IMG/VR virus record: IMGVR_UViG_3300005739_000025
From: a virus
Taxonomy: Duplodnaviria > Caudoviricetes
Direction: 5' to 3' (one strand)
DNA: 64,000 bases
Shown here: positions 47,655 to 58,155 of the stretch, in pieces
Layout: every line of letters begins with the position of its first letter
Position numbering within the stretch: the first letter of the stretch is position 1
Made by a program: the position numbers and the translations under genes
Notes under the pieces: generated by a model
The model's database searches: none
What the model was told of the DNA's origin: nothing
Seen by the model: only the letters and a program-made list of their open reading frames with translations

Positions 47655-50600
47655 ATGTATTCAAAATATATTTTATCTAGTAATTGGAAAAGTTTGTCCA
47701 GCGAATATGCTTTTGATAAGGATTTAAACTTTAATAACGTTTCAATTTATATTGACGGTAATATTGATTTAAATTTTGCTCCTACTTTGTCAGGTTTAAG
47801 TGATTACAATAACAATAACTATTCTTTATTTTTTTTAACTAAAAATACTAATGTTAATAATTTTATTACAAAAGAATATCCTATATTAGATATTAATAAA
47901 CAAACAGTTTTGTTGGCTACTGATTTTAGAAATAATCTAGTTTCTGATATAACGTTGTTTTTAAAATTAGAAAATGACAATTTATCTTTTGTTAAAATTA
48001 CGGAATTAAATAACGATAACTTTTTTGAAATTGATTATGTAACTGCAAATGAGCTTTACGTCTATACAGTAAAAAAAGGAATTTTTTATTATATTTGTGT
48101 AGATGATATAACAACTTCTATATCAGTATTATCATCAGATAATCCAAACAATCTTACAAATTTTCAAAAAAATAAAATTAGACTTAACTATCTATTTGAC
48201 AAAAAAAGAAAGAGCATAGTACTCTATAAAGTAATACAAAATGATACATATGTATTAACAAAAGACCCATTAAACGTATTCGTTTTATTAAAAATCCAAT
48301 TAAATGATGTAATTGAACAAAATTTTTTAAATTTGGTAAAAATTAACGAGTTGCCTCCTTCCAGTTTATTAGTGAATTGGGTGTCTTATTTAGACGATGT
48401 TAATAAAAATTCTAATACAATAAATAGCTCCAGATCACTCTATAATATATCAAATAATTATTTAATTCATAGTGAGTACAACACTATAAGAAATAACTTT
48501 ATACAACACAATATAATAACCCTTAAAAATCAATCTGATGTTGATGGTCAATTTTTAAGAAATAATATTAACAATAATTTTAGAGAATATAGAACTATAT
48601 TAGGGGGTGGAAATCGCGAAGAAGGCTATAACAATATTTCATTAGGCTATACCTCAAAGTACTACCCTTTAAAAATTTACAGCGATAAAACTACGTGGTT
48701 TCATATACCATACAACAAAGAAATAATTTCAACAAATATAAACAATTCAAATTTTAAAATAAACGGTGCTATACCAGGCACAGCTCCAATTTACAGCGAT
48801 AAAATTTTTAAAAAAGCAGCAAATTATGCATTTAACTCTAACATGGGAAATTCTGAAGATGATGAACAGTCTGGTACTTGGCTTTGTGCCTGGTTAAGCG
48901 GTGGACCTCTAAATTCTGTTTGGGTTGATCGTTATTACAATCCTGATACGTTTACAGCTTTTGCAGCCGCTAAATATTCTACCAATGTTTCTTATACACC
49001 AAAATATCTAGGAAAGTATAAAGCTGGTATTACAGACGTAGTAAGTAACCTAACATTAGAACCTGGAGTTTGGTACGCATATAGTAGAATTGGTAAAAAA
49101 ACTGCTAATAATATAATAAACGGTTTAAATGGTAGCTTAATATCAAAAGGCTTTTCATTATATCAAACAAAAAATAAATCAAATATATTACAAAACACTG
49201 ATACTGAAGGCGAAGCTTCTTACAATTTTAATAAAAATACCTTTGCTTCTACTTCTATAGAAAAACTTACAAGTTTTAACAACTTTACTATATCGTTTTT
49301 TGGTGCTAGAGAAAACTGGGATAATTACGATACCTTTCAAATGTTAGGCAATTATCTTGATAGTGGTTTTGGAGTGTTTAATGATTTATCTATTAACCCT
49401 AATTTGTATTATGTTAATGGTAAAATATTATATATATTAAATAAGAATTATAAAAATATACTCACCATAGATACAAACTACTATTTAAATGTTAGTGGGT
49501 ATAATATAAAAGGTTTTTTTAGAAGAGATTTAAACAGTAACGTTCACGTTATAACAGACAACAATTATTTATTGGAATTTAATGCGAACGGGACTATTGT
49601 AGATTTAAGCAATTTATCAAACGTTTTAAGCGGTAATATTACTTCTGTAACAAATAATAATATAAACGGCTATATATACACAGATCAAAGAAGGGTTTAT
49701 CAGATAAATTTATTTTCCAATTTTGTTAAAGATATCACTAATGATTTAAGAGTAAAGACTGGTATAAACTTTAATTATCAAAACAGTAATACAAATTTTA
49801 ATATAGTAACCGATGTTTACGACAATGTATATATAATAAATGGTATATATCCCATTTTAAAAGGAACAAACATATATTTTAAATCTCCTGATTCTTTATT
49901 TTTACAAGTTTACGATATAAACGAAAATTCGATAAATATCTTTTTATCTGGTTCAAATAGTGAAAAAATAATGTCGTATAATTTTGACAATAGTGGATTT
50001 ACTTATTTATTATACAAAAATAGAATATCTGAATATGACGCATTAGGTAATTACATTAAGGACTTGTATATAAATGTAAAAAATCGAAGCTTGTCAGGTC
50101 TTAATTTTATAGTACAGAATATAGGTGGTAATAGTCACCTATCCGTACATGTTATTGATAGGTTTGATAGAAATCTAATGTATAATGTCTCTTTGAGTTC
50201 AGTAACATTAGTTGATGAAAACTATAACAATGTTTTTAATTTGAGTGGCGCAGATTTGCAAGATAAAATTTATGACATTTCCAATTACAATTATAATCAA
50301 GGTATTATTACAAGTAACTCTCCAATAGCTAGTTACAAGTTTATATTAAAATTGTTTAATCAACTAAACTATGAAGACGCTAGAATCCTAACCCATAACG
50401 TATTAGGCGAATATTTAAATACTGGTGAGCATCATTTTGCAATAACTTTAAATACCATAAAAGGCGAATACAATTTATATATTGATGGTAAATTATTCAG
50501 TAAAAAGACTTTCACACCTAAAAAATATAGTTTCACAAAATTACTAACAGACACTATTTTAGCTGGCGCTACACCTTTTTATGGAGGTGTTTTATATAGT

Positions 50601-51029
50601 GATTATTATAACGTAGATAAAGACTTTTTATTTGTAAATGACTTTAAAATAGATAAGTTTAAAATTTATGATGAAGAATTAACCGCAGAAGAAATTAGAC
50701 TGTTATATTTTCAAAAATACCCCCCTAAAGATGTTAGTATTAGTATTCCTATAGGAGAAAGAAATTATTTAGATACTATTACAAGAACATTTAGACATAA
50801 AATGCAGGGTAGTAAATCTAATTTAATCAATTTATTTATTAATGATAGTTTAATAACTGATAAATCAATACAAAAAATATATGAGTTGAAGATCTTAGAC
50901 GAGATTAAAAGGGTGTTACCAAGTTATATAAAAATTAACTCAATCACGTGGTTAAATAATAAAGAAGGTGACGAAAAAATGATAGAGGGCAACTTTAATG
51001 TAAGAAACACTGTAACAGACACACTATAA
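47655..51029 (+). CDS. Large virion structural protein with split LamG-like elements and propeller region
   Basis: FTISFF, HHFAITL..GEYNLYIDG, IDKFKIYDEELTAEEI; TAAATA 47642-47647. Confidence 0.6.
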   Translation: MYSKYILSSNWKSLSSEYAFDKDLNFNNVSIYIDGNIDLNFAPTLSGLSDYNNNNYSLFFLTKNTNVNNFITKEYPILDINKQTVLLATDFRNNLVSDITLFLKLENDNLSFVKITELNNDNFFEIDYVTANELYVYTVKKGIFYYICVDDITTSISVLSSDNPNNLTNFQKNKIRLNYLFDKKRKSIVLYKVIQNDTYVLTKDPLNVFVLLKIQLNDVIEQNFLNLVKINELPPSSLLVNWVSYLDDVNKNSNTINSSRSLYNISNNYLIHSEYNTIRNNFIQHNIITLKNQSDVDGQFLRNNINNNFREYRTILGGGNREEGYNNISLGYTSKYYPLKIYSDKTTWFHIPYNKEIISTNINNSNFKINGAIPGTAPIYSDKIFKKAANYAFNSNMGNSEDDEQSGTWLCAWLSGGPLNSVWVDRYYNPDTFTAFAAAKYSTNVSYTPKYLGKYKAGITDVVSNLTLEPGVWYAYSRIGKKTANNIINGLNGSLISKGFSLYQTKNKSNILQNTDTEGEASYNFNKNTFASTSIEKLTSFNNFTISFFGARENWDNYDTFQMLGNYLDSGFGVFNDLSINPNLYYVNGKILYILNKNYKNILTIDTNYYLNVSGYNIKGFFRRDLNSNVHVITDNNYLLEFNANGTIVDLSNLSNVLSGNITSVTNNNINGYIYTDQRRVYQINLFSNFVKDITNDLRVKTGINFNYQNSNTNFNIVTDVYDNVYIINGIYPILKGTNIYFKSPDSLFLQVYDINENSINIFLSGSNSEKIMSYNFDNSGFTYLLYKNRISEYDALGNYIKDLYINVKNRSLSGLNFIVQNIGGNSHLSVHVIDRFDRNLMYNVSLSSVTLVDENYNNVFNLSGADLQDKIYDISNYNYNQGIITSNSPIASYKFILKLFNQLNYEDARILTHNVLGEYLNTGEHHFAITLNTIKGEYNLYIDGKLFSKKTFTPKKYSFTKLLTDTILAGATPFYGGVLYSDYYNVDKDFLFVNDFKIDKFKIYDEELTAEEIRLLYFQKYPPKDVSISIPIGERNYLDTITRTFRHKMQGSKSNLINLFINDSLITDKSIQKIYELKILDEIKRVLPSYIKINSITWLNNKEGDEKMIEGNFNVRNTVTDTL

Positions 51030-52801
51030 TGAATAGTATAATAAAAGAATTTAATAAATCGGGGTTAATACTCGATAAGACTACACAGTCTTTAACAGCT
51101 TTACCTTATGATTATATAAACGTAAAATTTAAGTCAAACTCATACGTTACTTCTAAAAACTTTAACGAGGCTATAGATAAATTATATTACAATTTAATGT
51201 ATATTTATAGAGGGTGTAAAGTTGGGTCTTTTAATCTTTTTCAAACTTATTTTTATACCATATCTACTAATAAAATATCTCCTAATTATTCTGGAATTCA
51301 AAATAATTACGAACCTACTACTATATCATTAGAAGAACTTTCTGCATCTAAGGTTGGGCATATTTTACCTTATGATATAGTAAGAAGAGGTACGTATTTA
51401 TTTTTTGCTAGCGGTGGTTTAATGACCTGTTTATTTACTAGTAGAGATATTAATAAGCTAATTTTTAGTACATCTAATATAGATCCGTTGTCTGGTGATA
51501 TAAAATTTAGAAACATTTCAGATATAAAATCTGATTATTATGAAAATTTATATGTAGTTGATTCAGAGTATAACAATATATATCAATATAGAATAGATAA
51601 TTTTATATCTAGAGAAAACATATACAGAGAAAGATTATTTATTAAAAATTTAATAGGCGGTCAAGGCGAGTCAAAAGACAATAATAAATTCTTTAAGTTA
51701 AAAAATGTAGCGGTAAATAAAAATTATGTTGTGGCTCAAGACGTTGGAAATCAATCATTTAAAATATTTGATAAAAATTTAAATTGGAAAAGTACAAACG
51801 TTTTTAAAAAGTTGTTTGATAAATACGAATATTTTGATGATATTTTATTAGATGATGCTAATAATTTAATTTGTGCAAAATCCAATATTATTATTTTATT
51901 AAAATATGACAACGGTTTTTTTAGAACGTATAGTGAAAATAAAATAACTCAATATTTACAAAGTGATGAATATATAAAACAGTTAATTTTATCGCCGTCA
52001 GATAAAAATGTAATTTATATTGTAACTAATTTAACAGTAAAAAAAGCTTGGACCACTAATTTAAATTATGTAATAGGTAGTTTTAATTATAATTCACAAT
52101 CAAATATAAACGTAAAATGGATGTCAGTATCACCTGGTGGTAATAACAACGACATAGTTGCTCTGTATTCTCATATAGGCGATAAAGAACAGCTAAGTGT
52201 AAGTTTTGATTCTATAAATTATAGCTCCTTATTTAATGTTGAAGATTTTAACATATATACAAAAGATGAGGTAAAATTAAACAAAGATGAATATGTTCAG
52301 AGTTGGACTATTATAAAAAATTTACAAAAAATATACTATAACTGCTTAATTGTAATACAAAATATTAAATACAAATTTATTGAAAAAGAAGGTATTAATT
52401 ACCCTGTAATAAGTGATAAACTTTATAACACAAGCTTTTTAGCCTATTCTTCTCCTATAGAATTTGAAAAAGATTTTGATATAGGTATAAATGAAATTTT
52501 TCAAGCAGAAGTAATTAATAGATGTATTAAAATTTTGGTTGAGCTTCAAAGTGTTATTTTGATTTATATTATTAATAATAAAAATAATAAAAAGTACTAT
52601 TCACCGGAACCTGAAAAGAGCGGCCTACCAGTAAAAAAGTATTTATACTTTGCTGACGAAAGTTTAATTTTAATTCCAAACCCAGCAAAGCTGGATATTT
52701 TTCAAGAAATAACCCCAGGAGCGGGCATATTAAATAGCTTAGGAGGTGCCCCATACTCTGGTATAGAAGGTATTAGTATAACAGACGGGGTGGTTATCTA
52801 A
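51029..52801 (+). CDS. Virion protein with NHL-like repeats
   Basis: ISDIKSDYYENLYVVDSEYN.IY, VAVNKNYVVAQDVGN..FKIFD. Confidence 0.55.
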   Translation: MNSIIKEFNKSGLILDKTTQSLTALPYDYINVKFKSNSYVTSKNFNEAIDKLYYNLMYIYRGCKVGSFNLFQTYFYTISTNKISPNYSGIQNNYEPTTISLEELSASKVGHILPYDIVRRGTYLFFASGGLMTCLFTSRDINKLIFSTSNIDPLSGDIKFRNISDIKSDYYENLYVVDSEYNNIYQYRIDNFISRENIYRERLFIKNLIGGQGESKDNNKFFKLKNVAVNKNYVVAQDVGNQSFKIFDKNLNWKSTNVFKKLFDKYEYFDDILLDDANNLICAKSNIIILLKYDNGFFRTYSENKITQYLQSDEYIKQLILSPSDKNVIYIVTNLTVKKAWTTNLNYVIGSFNYNSQSNINVKWMSVSPGGNNNDIVALYSHIGDKEQLSVSFDSINYSSLFNVEDFNIYTKDEVKLNKDEYVQSWTIIKNLQKIYYNCLIVIQNIKYKFIEKEGINYPVISDKLYNTSFLAYSSPIEFEKDFDIGINEIFQAEVINRCIKILVELQSVILIYIINNKNNKKYYSPEPEKSGLPVKKYLYFADESLILIPNPAKLDIFQEITPGAGILNSLGGAPYSGIEGISITDGVVI

Positions 52802-52810
52802 ATATAATAT

Positions 52811-53608
52811 ATGGCAGGTAGCTTTACATTTCATAGTAAATTTCATAGAGCAAATCACCACTCTCTATCATCTTTCGATATAGTAGATTCTGGATTTGAT
52901 CCTATAGCATCTAGAAAATTTCCTTTTTTAGGTATATTTTACAATAAGCTTACCGACGAAAAAAGAACATTTGATATAAACACTAACAGTTATGATTGGT
53001 GGTCTGGGTTTACAACTATGTTTACCTATTCTGCCATATGGATGCCAACACTGTCACTTTATACCACGGTAAAAACTTTAAGTGATAATTGGAACTTAGG
53101 TTACTCTGGATATACTACATTAAAAGCTAATAGTGGTAGATATGAGAGTACTTATACCACTGTATGTTCTTATAGTGCCGAGTGGGGATCACCCTACTTA
53201 ATGTTTACAAACAAAGTTCAAGAGTACACCCACGCTAAAACATTTTCAGGTCAAGAATTGTTTCCTAATACAGAAATACCAGGATTATCTGTGTATGACT
53301 GGGACTTAGATAAACAACAAGTAGCGTTTATAAAAATTAAAAATGATATACAGATAAAAGCTCCGGTAGAAGGTACTATGATAACCGGTGGTCTTTATAC
53401 TTTGGTTATTTATCAAAACAATGAAGACGTACAAAATGTAGGATATACTGTAGATTTTGAGCCTGTTTATAGATTTAACGAAAGATTTACTGGGGAGGAA
53501 GAAACAATAAATGTAAATAAGTCGCTTTCGGGCATTACAATGTATAACTTTTTGGCTGTAGGCGATTACATGTATGGGGATGTGACATTCCTTAGCGGTA
53601 ATTATTAA
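52811..53608 (+). CDS. Fibre-associated protein, short paralog of the next gene's N-terminus
   Basis: FHSKFHRANHH...DPIAS..FPFLG; WNLGYSGYTTL; GGLYTLVI; TAAATA 52799-52804. Confidence 0.65.
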   Translation: MAGSFTFHSKFHRANHHSLSSFDIVDSGFDPIASRKFPFLGIFYNKLTDEKRTFDINTNSYDWWSGFTTMFTYSAIWMPTLSLYTTVKTLSDNWNLGYSGYTTLKANSGRYESTYTTVCSYSAEWGSPYLMFTNKVQEYTHAKTFSGQELFPNTEIPGLSVYDWDLDKQQVAFIKIKNDIQIKAPVEGTMITGGLYTLVIYQNNEDVQNVGYTVDFEPVYRFNERFTGEEETINVNKSLSGITMYNFLAVGDYMYGDVTFLSGNY

Positions 53609-53610
53609 AA

Positions 53611-56600
53611 ATGTCAAACGCAATTTTTCATAATAAATGGCACTCGTTTAACCACTATACATTACCTCTTGAAGGTTACCCTGATAGTGCTACAGATCCT
53701 ATTGCTTCTAAAGAATACCCTTTTAGAGGTACCTTTTTTAATGTTATATCTGGCGACTATGGATTTACAACCACAGGGTTAACTATAACTGACTTTGGTT
53801 CTGGGTTCACCACTACTCCCAGTGTTTCATTGCGTACATTAAACGAAGGCGATGTTATTTTTCAACCGGAATTTAATATAGGTGTTGATGTTGTTACAAG
53901 AAAGCTATCTTCATTTACAATAAAATACGGGGGAATAACAAAATCTTATGGTAGTTTAGTTTTTACCCCCAAAAATGGAGATGTAATAAGAATAAGACCG
54001 GAAATATTTTTAGAATTCTCTTCTATAAGTGCTATTTCTAATAGTTCAGGTTGGGAATTTTATACTTCTCTTACAAGAAATAATTCTGCAGACTGGGGTA
54101 AATATTTTATTGTAAGAGATACAACTATTAGTTTATCTAGTATATGGGATTTAGGGTTTGTGGGTTATACTCACTTAAGAGCTACTTCTGGTAAGTATAC
54201 TTCTGTTTATACACAAACTTCTTCTTTGTCACCCGCTGGTGTATATAATTTTTTTGGTAGAGAGCCTGTTGACAATTTTAATTTAGTTGGTGGCACGGGT
54301 TGGCATATAGCCCTATCTAGTGCAACCCATAGAACAAATATCGGTTATCAAGTAGATAGTAGACAAAAAGTTGCCGTACCTGTAAGAGTGTTTGAAAATA
54401 ATTTAAGAAATATCGTTTGGGACTTATCGGCTCAGACAGTATATCACAATTTAACTAGCAGTAATAGTCTAACGGCCCGTGGACTTATTAACCCTAAAAA
54501 AGGTGGTAAGTATACTATGTGGATTTATGTTGATAGTTGCCCTGTTGAAACGACTAATTTTGTATTTGATAAAAGAGATTATAACATACAATTAAAACAG
54601 CTTGACGGTACTACCCGTTTTACTAATAATATATTAGCTTTAACTGCTAACTTTGTTACTCGAGTAGATTGTGTTTATGACGGTAATAAGATGTTGTGTA
54701 AAGCTACAAGATATAGAATTTTTAAGGCAACAGACGATGATTTATATTTTCAAGGCACAGGTATAAGATTTGTAGATCCAAGAAGCTTTGCTAATAAATC
54801 ACCTGTATACGTAAATCCTACTAAAGAAAATGTTTTTGGTCCAGGCTCTCCTTCTGATCCAATAATAGGAGGAGGGGGTATTAATATTCTTTCAGCTTCT
54901 AACGAATTTACAGAAACATCATCTTTTTATATACCTGGAACGGGGTTAAATTTTAAATTTTTAAATAGTGATTTTAGATATTTTAGTTATAACTTAATTA
55001 ATGCTGAATGGCCTTCAAAAACAGATTTGACATTTAATAAAGAATTGACAGGTTCATTTGATAGAGTTATAGGAACTCTATCAGCTGGAGACTGGACATT
55101 GCCTCAATTTGCAATCAACTTGATAGCTTCTCCTAATGAAAACGCAGTTACAGATAATATATTATTAAGTGCTTATCCAACTTCTGCTTATGGAGGTCCA
55201 TGGGAGCTTGCAACTTCAAATATAAGATCAGTTGTAACCTGCACTAGCTCTTACATAATAGAAATTTATTCAGGTAGAGATAGAGATATTTCTTCTATGT
55301 TTATAAATGATATCCGCGTATTTCCTGAACCCAAATTTTTAAGTGGTATGTATCAACCATTTAATTATAGAAACGAAAGAACGGCTAGAATTAAATTTGA
55401 AAGAATACAACAGGATTATTCTATTGATGTAATTTATGGTCCTCAGGCACCTTTAACAGTCAATGGCGGTGTGCTTTGGTTTAATTCAATGAATGATTTT
55501 ACTATTAATAGAACTGCGACAAATACTTTAACTACTTGGAATAATAATACTAGATATTCTAATTTGCCAAGAGTAGGGGAAAACTCAGCATTTGTAGGTT
55601 TTGCTGCCTCTACCAGTACAGCTGGTAGAGATAACCACTGGATACATAATTTTAATTGGTCTAGTAGTCTAAATGAGTTGCCTTTTCAAAAGTTTTTGGG
55701 TAAATCCACTTTACAAAATGCAACTTTATCTTCTACATATGCAAGTTTAACCAGTATTAGATTAACACCAAATCTTACTAATAGAAGAGGTGCAATATTT
55801 TATAATGTGCCTGTTTATTTTACTGACAGCAAAGGACTACCAATTAGTTGGTCCTGTAATTTCACCTTCTCCATAGGTGGCGGTATTACACGCGGAGAAG
55901 GTTTATCGTTTATAATACAGGGTGTATCAAAAAATACTATTGGTGGTATTGCAAACGGTATGGGATATAGTGGTATACCTAACAGTTTATCTATAAGCTT
56001 TGATACTTTAGCTAATGGCTCATATGATCCTGATGACAACCATATAGAATTAAACATTAACGGTGACGTTACAAATCCAAATGGAGATTTACCTATTAAT
56101 AATAACATAAACGGGGTAGATATAGAGCTACGTGGAACTAATGGAGTTAGTGACTTAAGGTATTGTTGGATTGATTATGATGCAAGCAACTCTACAATGT
56201 TTGTATACTTAACTAGTGTAAATATAAAACCTTTTTCACCTGTATTGCAATACGCTGGTAGTATAGTAGATATTATAAAAAATAATGATAACCCAGAAAC
56301 TGTTTTTAAACTAGAAAGTAGAAATGTTTCAACAGCTCCAGCTCTTTCAACAAATAGAAGTTTAAGAGGTTTAGTATTAAGCGCTGATAAGTTTTTAGAA
56401 TCAAATTATGATATAACACCCCTAAGTTCTAACTCATCCTTTTTTAATAGCTTTACTACATTTACTGTTTTTGAAACCCCACAAACATTTCCTCTAAGCT
56501 CTGTTATATGGTGGATTGGAGATTATAGTTATGATAGAGTAACAAAAGGTTACGGTTTAATATTGTCTGGTAGACAGTTATACACAATAGGTAATTTTAA

Positions 56601-56949
56601 TGATAGATATACTTCTTTTACAAATTTACTATCAACAGATTCAACATATTTGTCGGCAAATAAAAAGTACGTAGTAGTAACTAGATTTAACGCCAAAAAC
56701 CCTTCTAGACAAATTATATATGTCAATAATAGAACATCTCAGTATATTAATACTTTTAGAGGAAATACTGTTACTATTCCTTCAAGCTCGTATTTTTTAA
56801 CTGTTGGTAAAAATCCGGCAGAAAATGGTGGGTTTTCAAATGTTAGGTTGTATGAATATTATCTTTATGATAGATATCTCGACTTATCTGAGGTAAGAAA
56901 AATAAGTAACTTCTTAATTACGAAGTACGATGATTATAAAATTGGATAA
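53611..56949 (+). CDS. Large fibre/adhesin with permuted L-type lectin inserted in a C-terminal LamG domain
   Basis: FHNKWHSFNH..DPIAS; lectin motifs RLTP..GAIFY, GEGLSF, SISFDT..N..DPDDNH, WIDYD; LamG LYEYYLYDRYL. Confidence 0.75.
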   Translation: MSNAIFHNKWHSFNHYTLPLEGYPDSATDPIASKEYPFRGTFFNVISGDYGFTTTGLTITDFGSGFTTTPSVSLRTLNEGDVIFQPEFNIGVDVVTRKLSSFTIKYGGITKSYGSLVFTPKNGDVIRIRPEIFLEFSSISAISNSSGWEFYTSLTRNNSADWGKYFIVRDTTISLSSIWDLGFVGYTHLRATSGKYTSVYTQTSSLSPAGVYNFFGREPVDNFNLVGGTGWHIALSSATHRTNIGYQVDSRQKVAVPVRVFENNLRNIVWDLSAQTVYHNLTSSNSLTARGLINPKKGGKYTMWIYVDSCPVETTNFVFDKRDYNIQLKQLDGTTRFTNNILALTANFVTRVDCVYDGNKMLCKATRYRIFKATDDDLYFQGTGIRFVDPRSFANKSPVYVNPTKENVFGPGSPSDPIIGGGGINILSASNEFTETSSFYIPGTGLNFKFLNSDFRYFSYNLINAEWPSKTDLTFNKELTGSFDRVIGTLSAGDWTLPQFAINLIASPNENAVTDNILLSAYPTSAYGGPWELATSNIRSVVTCTSSYIIEIYSGRDRDISSMFINDIRVFPEPKFLSGMYQPFNYRNERTARIKFERIQQDYSIDVIYGPQAPLTVNGGVLWFNSMNDFTINRTATNTLTTWNNNTRYSNLPRVGENSAFVGFAASTSTAGRDNHWIHNFNWSSSLNELPFQKFLGKSTLQNATLSSTYASLTSIRLTPNLTNRRGAIFYNVPVYFTDSKGLPISWSCNFTFSIGGGITRGEGLSFIIQGVSKNTIGGIANGMGYSGIPNSLSISFDTLANGSYDPDDNHIELNINGDVTNPNGDLPINNNINGVDIELRGTNGVSDLRYCWIDYDASNSTMFVYLTSVNIKPFSPVLQYAGSIVDIIKNNDNPETVFKLESRNVSTAPALSTNRSLRGLVLSADKFLESNYDITPLSSNSSFFNSFTTFTVFETPQTFPLSSVIWWIGDYSYDRVTKGYGLILSGRQLYTIGNFNDRYTSFTNLLSTDSTYLSANKKYVVVTRFNAKNPSRQIIYVNNRTSQYINTFRGNTVTIPSSSYFLTVGKNPAENGGFSNVRLYEYYLYDRYLDLSEVRKISNFLITKYDDYKIG

Positions 56950-56958
56950 ATATAACAT

Positions 56959-57960
56959 ATGATGGATTGTACAACATCTTTGCCCACTTCAGCTTTCTAT
57001 TCAACGAATTTAAGTACTATAGTTGATTCCTATACTAGAATGGGTCAAAGAATAAGCAGAACTCTTGGTGCACCCATGGTGAGTATAGAAATTCATCAAG
57101 ATCAACTTAATGAAAATATAGCTATAGCTTGTGAAATGTTTACAAAGTATGCAGGTTATACAAGAGAGTTTTTAGTCTTTAATTCTGATTTATATGAAAA
57201 AGATAAAGGTATAAGATTAGACGCTTTGTTTTCTATTTCTAAAGACTTTAATGCTAGATTAACCTTTAAAGACGTTCCTGACGACGTTAGAGCTGCTTAT
57301 ACGATAGCAAAAATGATTATTGGTGATCCCAACAAACCTTACATATATCAAGTAGCAGATCCGGATAGTGATTCGTTAAAATTGTTAAACAGTTATGATT
57401 ATCTGGTTAAAGATTATAGAAAAGTAATTTCTGTTTTAGACTTCGAAGAAGGTAGCTCGACCGGGGTTAATACACTCTTTACTATAGAACAATCGCTTGC
57501 ACAACAAACTTATTTTTCCTATTCTATGGGTAATTACGGGTTTGATCTTATTAGCTGGGTTGTATTAAAAAATTGGCTAGATACAAGGGAAAAAGTCTTA
57601 TCATTAAGAAGAAGTGTTTTGTTTGATGAAAGAACCCAATATATGAGAATGGTTCCTCAACCTAAACAAGGTTCATCTTCTCAATTTTATGGTGTGGTAT
57701 CATGTTATGTTGAAAGACCATTACAAGATATAATCAAAGAGCCTTGGGTTTATCAATACGCTTTAGCTTTAAGTAAAATTATATTAGGTAATAATAGAGG
57801 TAAATATCAAAACGTAGCTCTATTCGGTGGTGGTTCAATAAACTTTAATGATATTTTATCGCAAGGTTTAGAAGAGAAAAAGACATTAGAAGAAAGACTA
57901 TTTACTGGTGCCTCGCCAGGTTTTGGCGATGCAGAGCCTGTTGACTTTTTTGTTGGGTAA
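56959..57960 (+). CDS. gp13: Neck protein, T4 gp13-like
   Basis: RTLGAPMVSIEIHQDQL, WVYQYALALSK..LG..RGKY...LFGG..IN, E...LEE..G; ATAAATA 56946-56952. Confidence 0.9.
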   Translation: MMDCTTSLPTSAFYSTNLSTIVDSYTRMGQRISRTLGAPMVSIEIHQDQLNENIAIACEMFTKYAGYTREFLVFNSDLYEKDKGIRLDALFSISKDFNARLTFKDVPDDVRAAYTIAKMIIGDPNKPYIYQVADPDSDSLKLLNSYDYLVKDYRKVISVLDFEEGSSTGVNTLFTIEQSLAQQTYFSYSMGNYGFDLISWVVLKNWLDTREKVLSLRRSVLFDERTQYMRMVPQPKQGSSSQFYGVVSCYVERPLQDIIKEPWVYQYALALSKIILGNNRGKYQNVALFGGGSINFNDILSQGLEEKKTLEERLFTGASPGFGDAEPVDFFVG

Positions 57961-57972
57961 TTAATTAATTTT

Positions 57973-58155
57973 ATGGTTCATATTGAACGGGATTCAAAAT
58001 TCAAAAATTTTGAAAATCAAGTAACTGATCAATTATTAGACATTATAAAAACTATAGAGCCAGAAAAAAAAGAAGTATCAAGTTCTCTTTCAGTTAATTT
58101 TGTATCAATTGAGGACGCTGCAAAAGAGCTTCTACAAATGGGTGTAAAAGCATGA
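57973..58155 (+). CDS. Hypothetical protein
   Basis: 60 aa; TAATTA-ATTTT-ATG (late-like); ATGA overlap with gp4. Confidence 0.55.
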   Translation: MVHIERDSKFKNFENQVTDQLLDIIKTIEPEKKEVSSSLSVNFVSIEDAAKELLQMGVKA

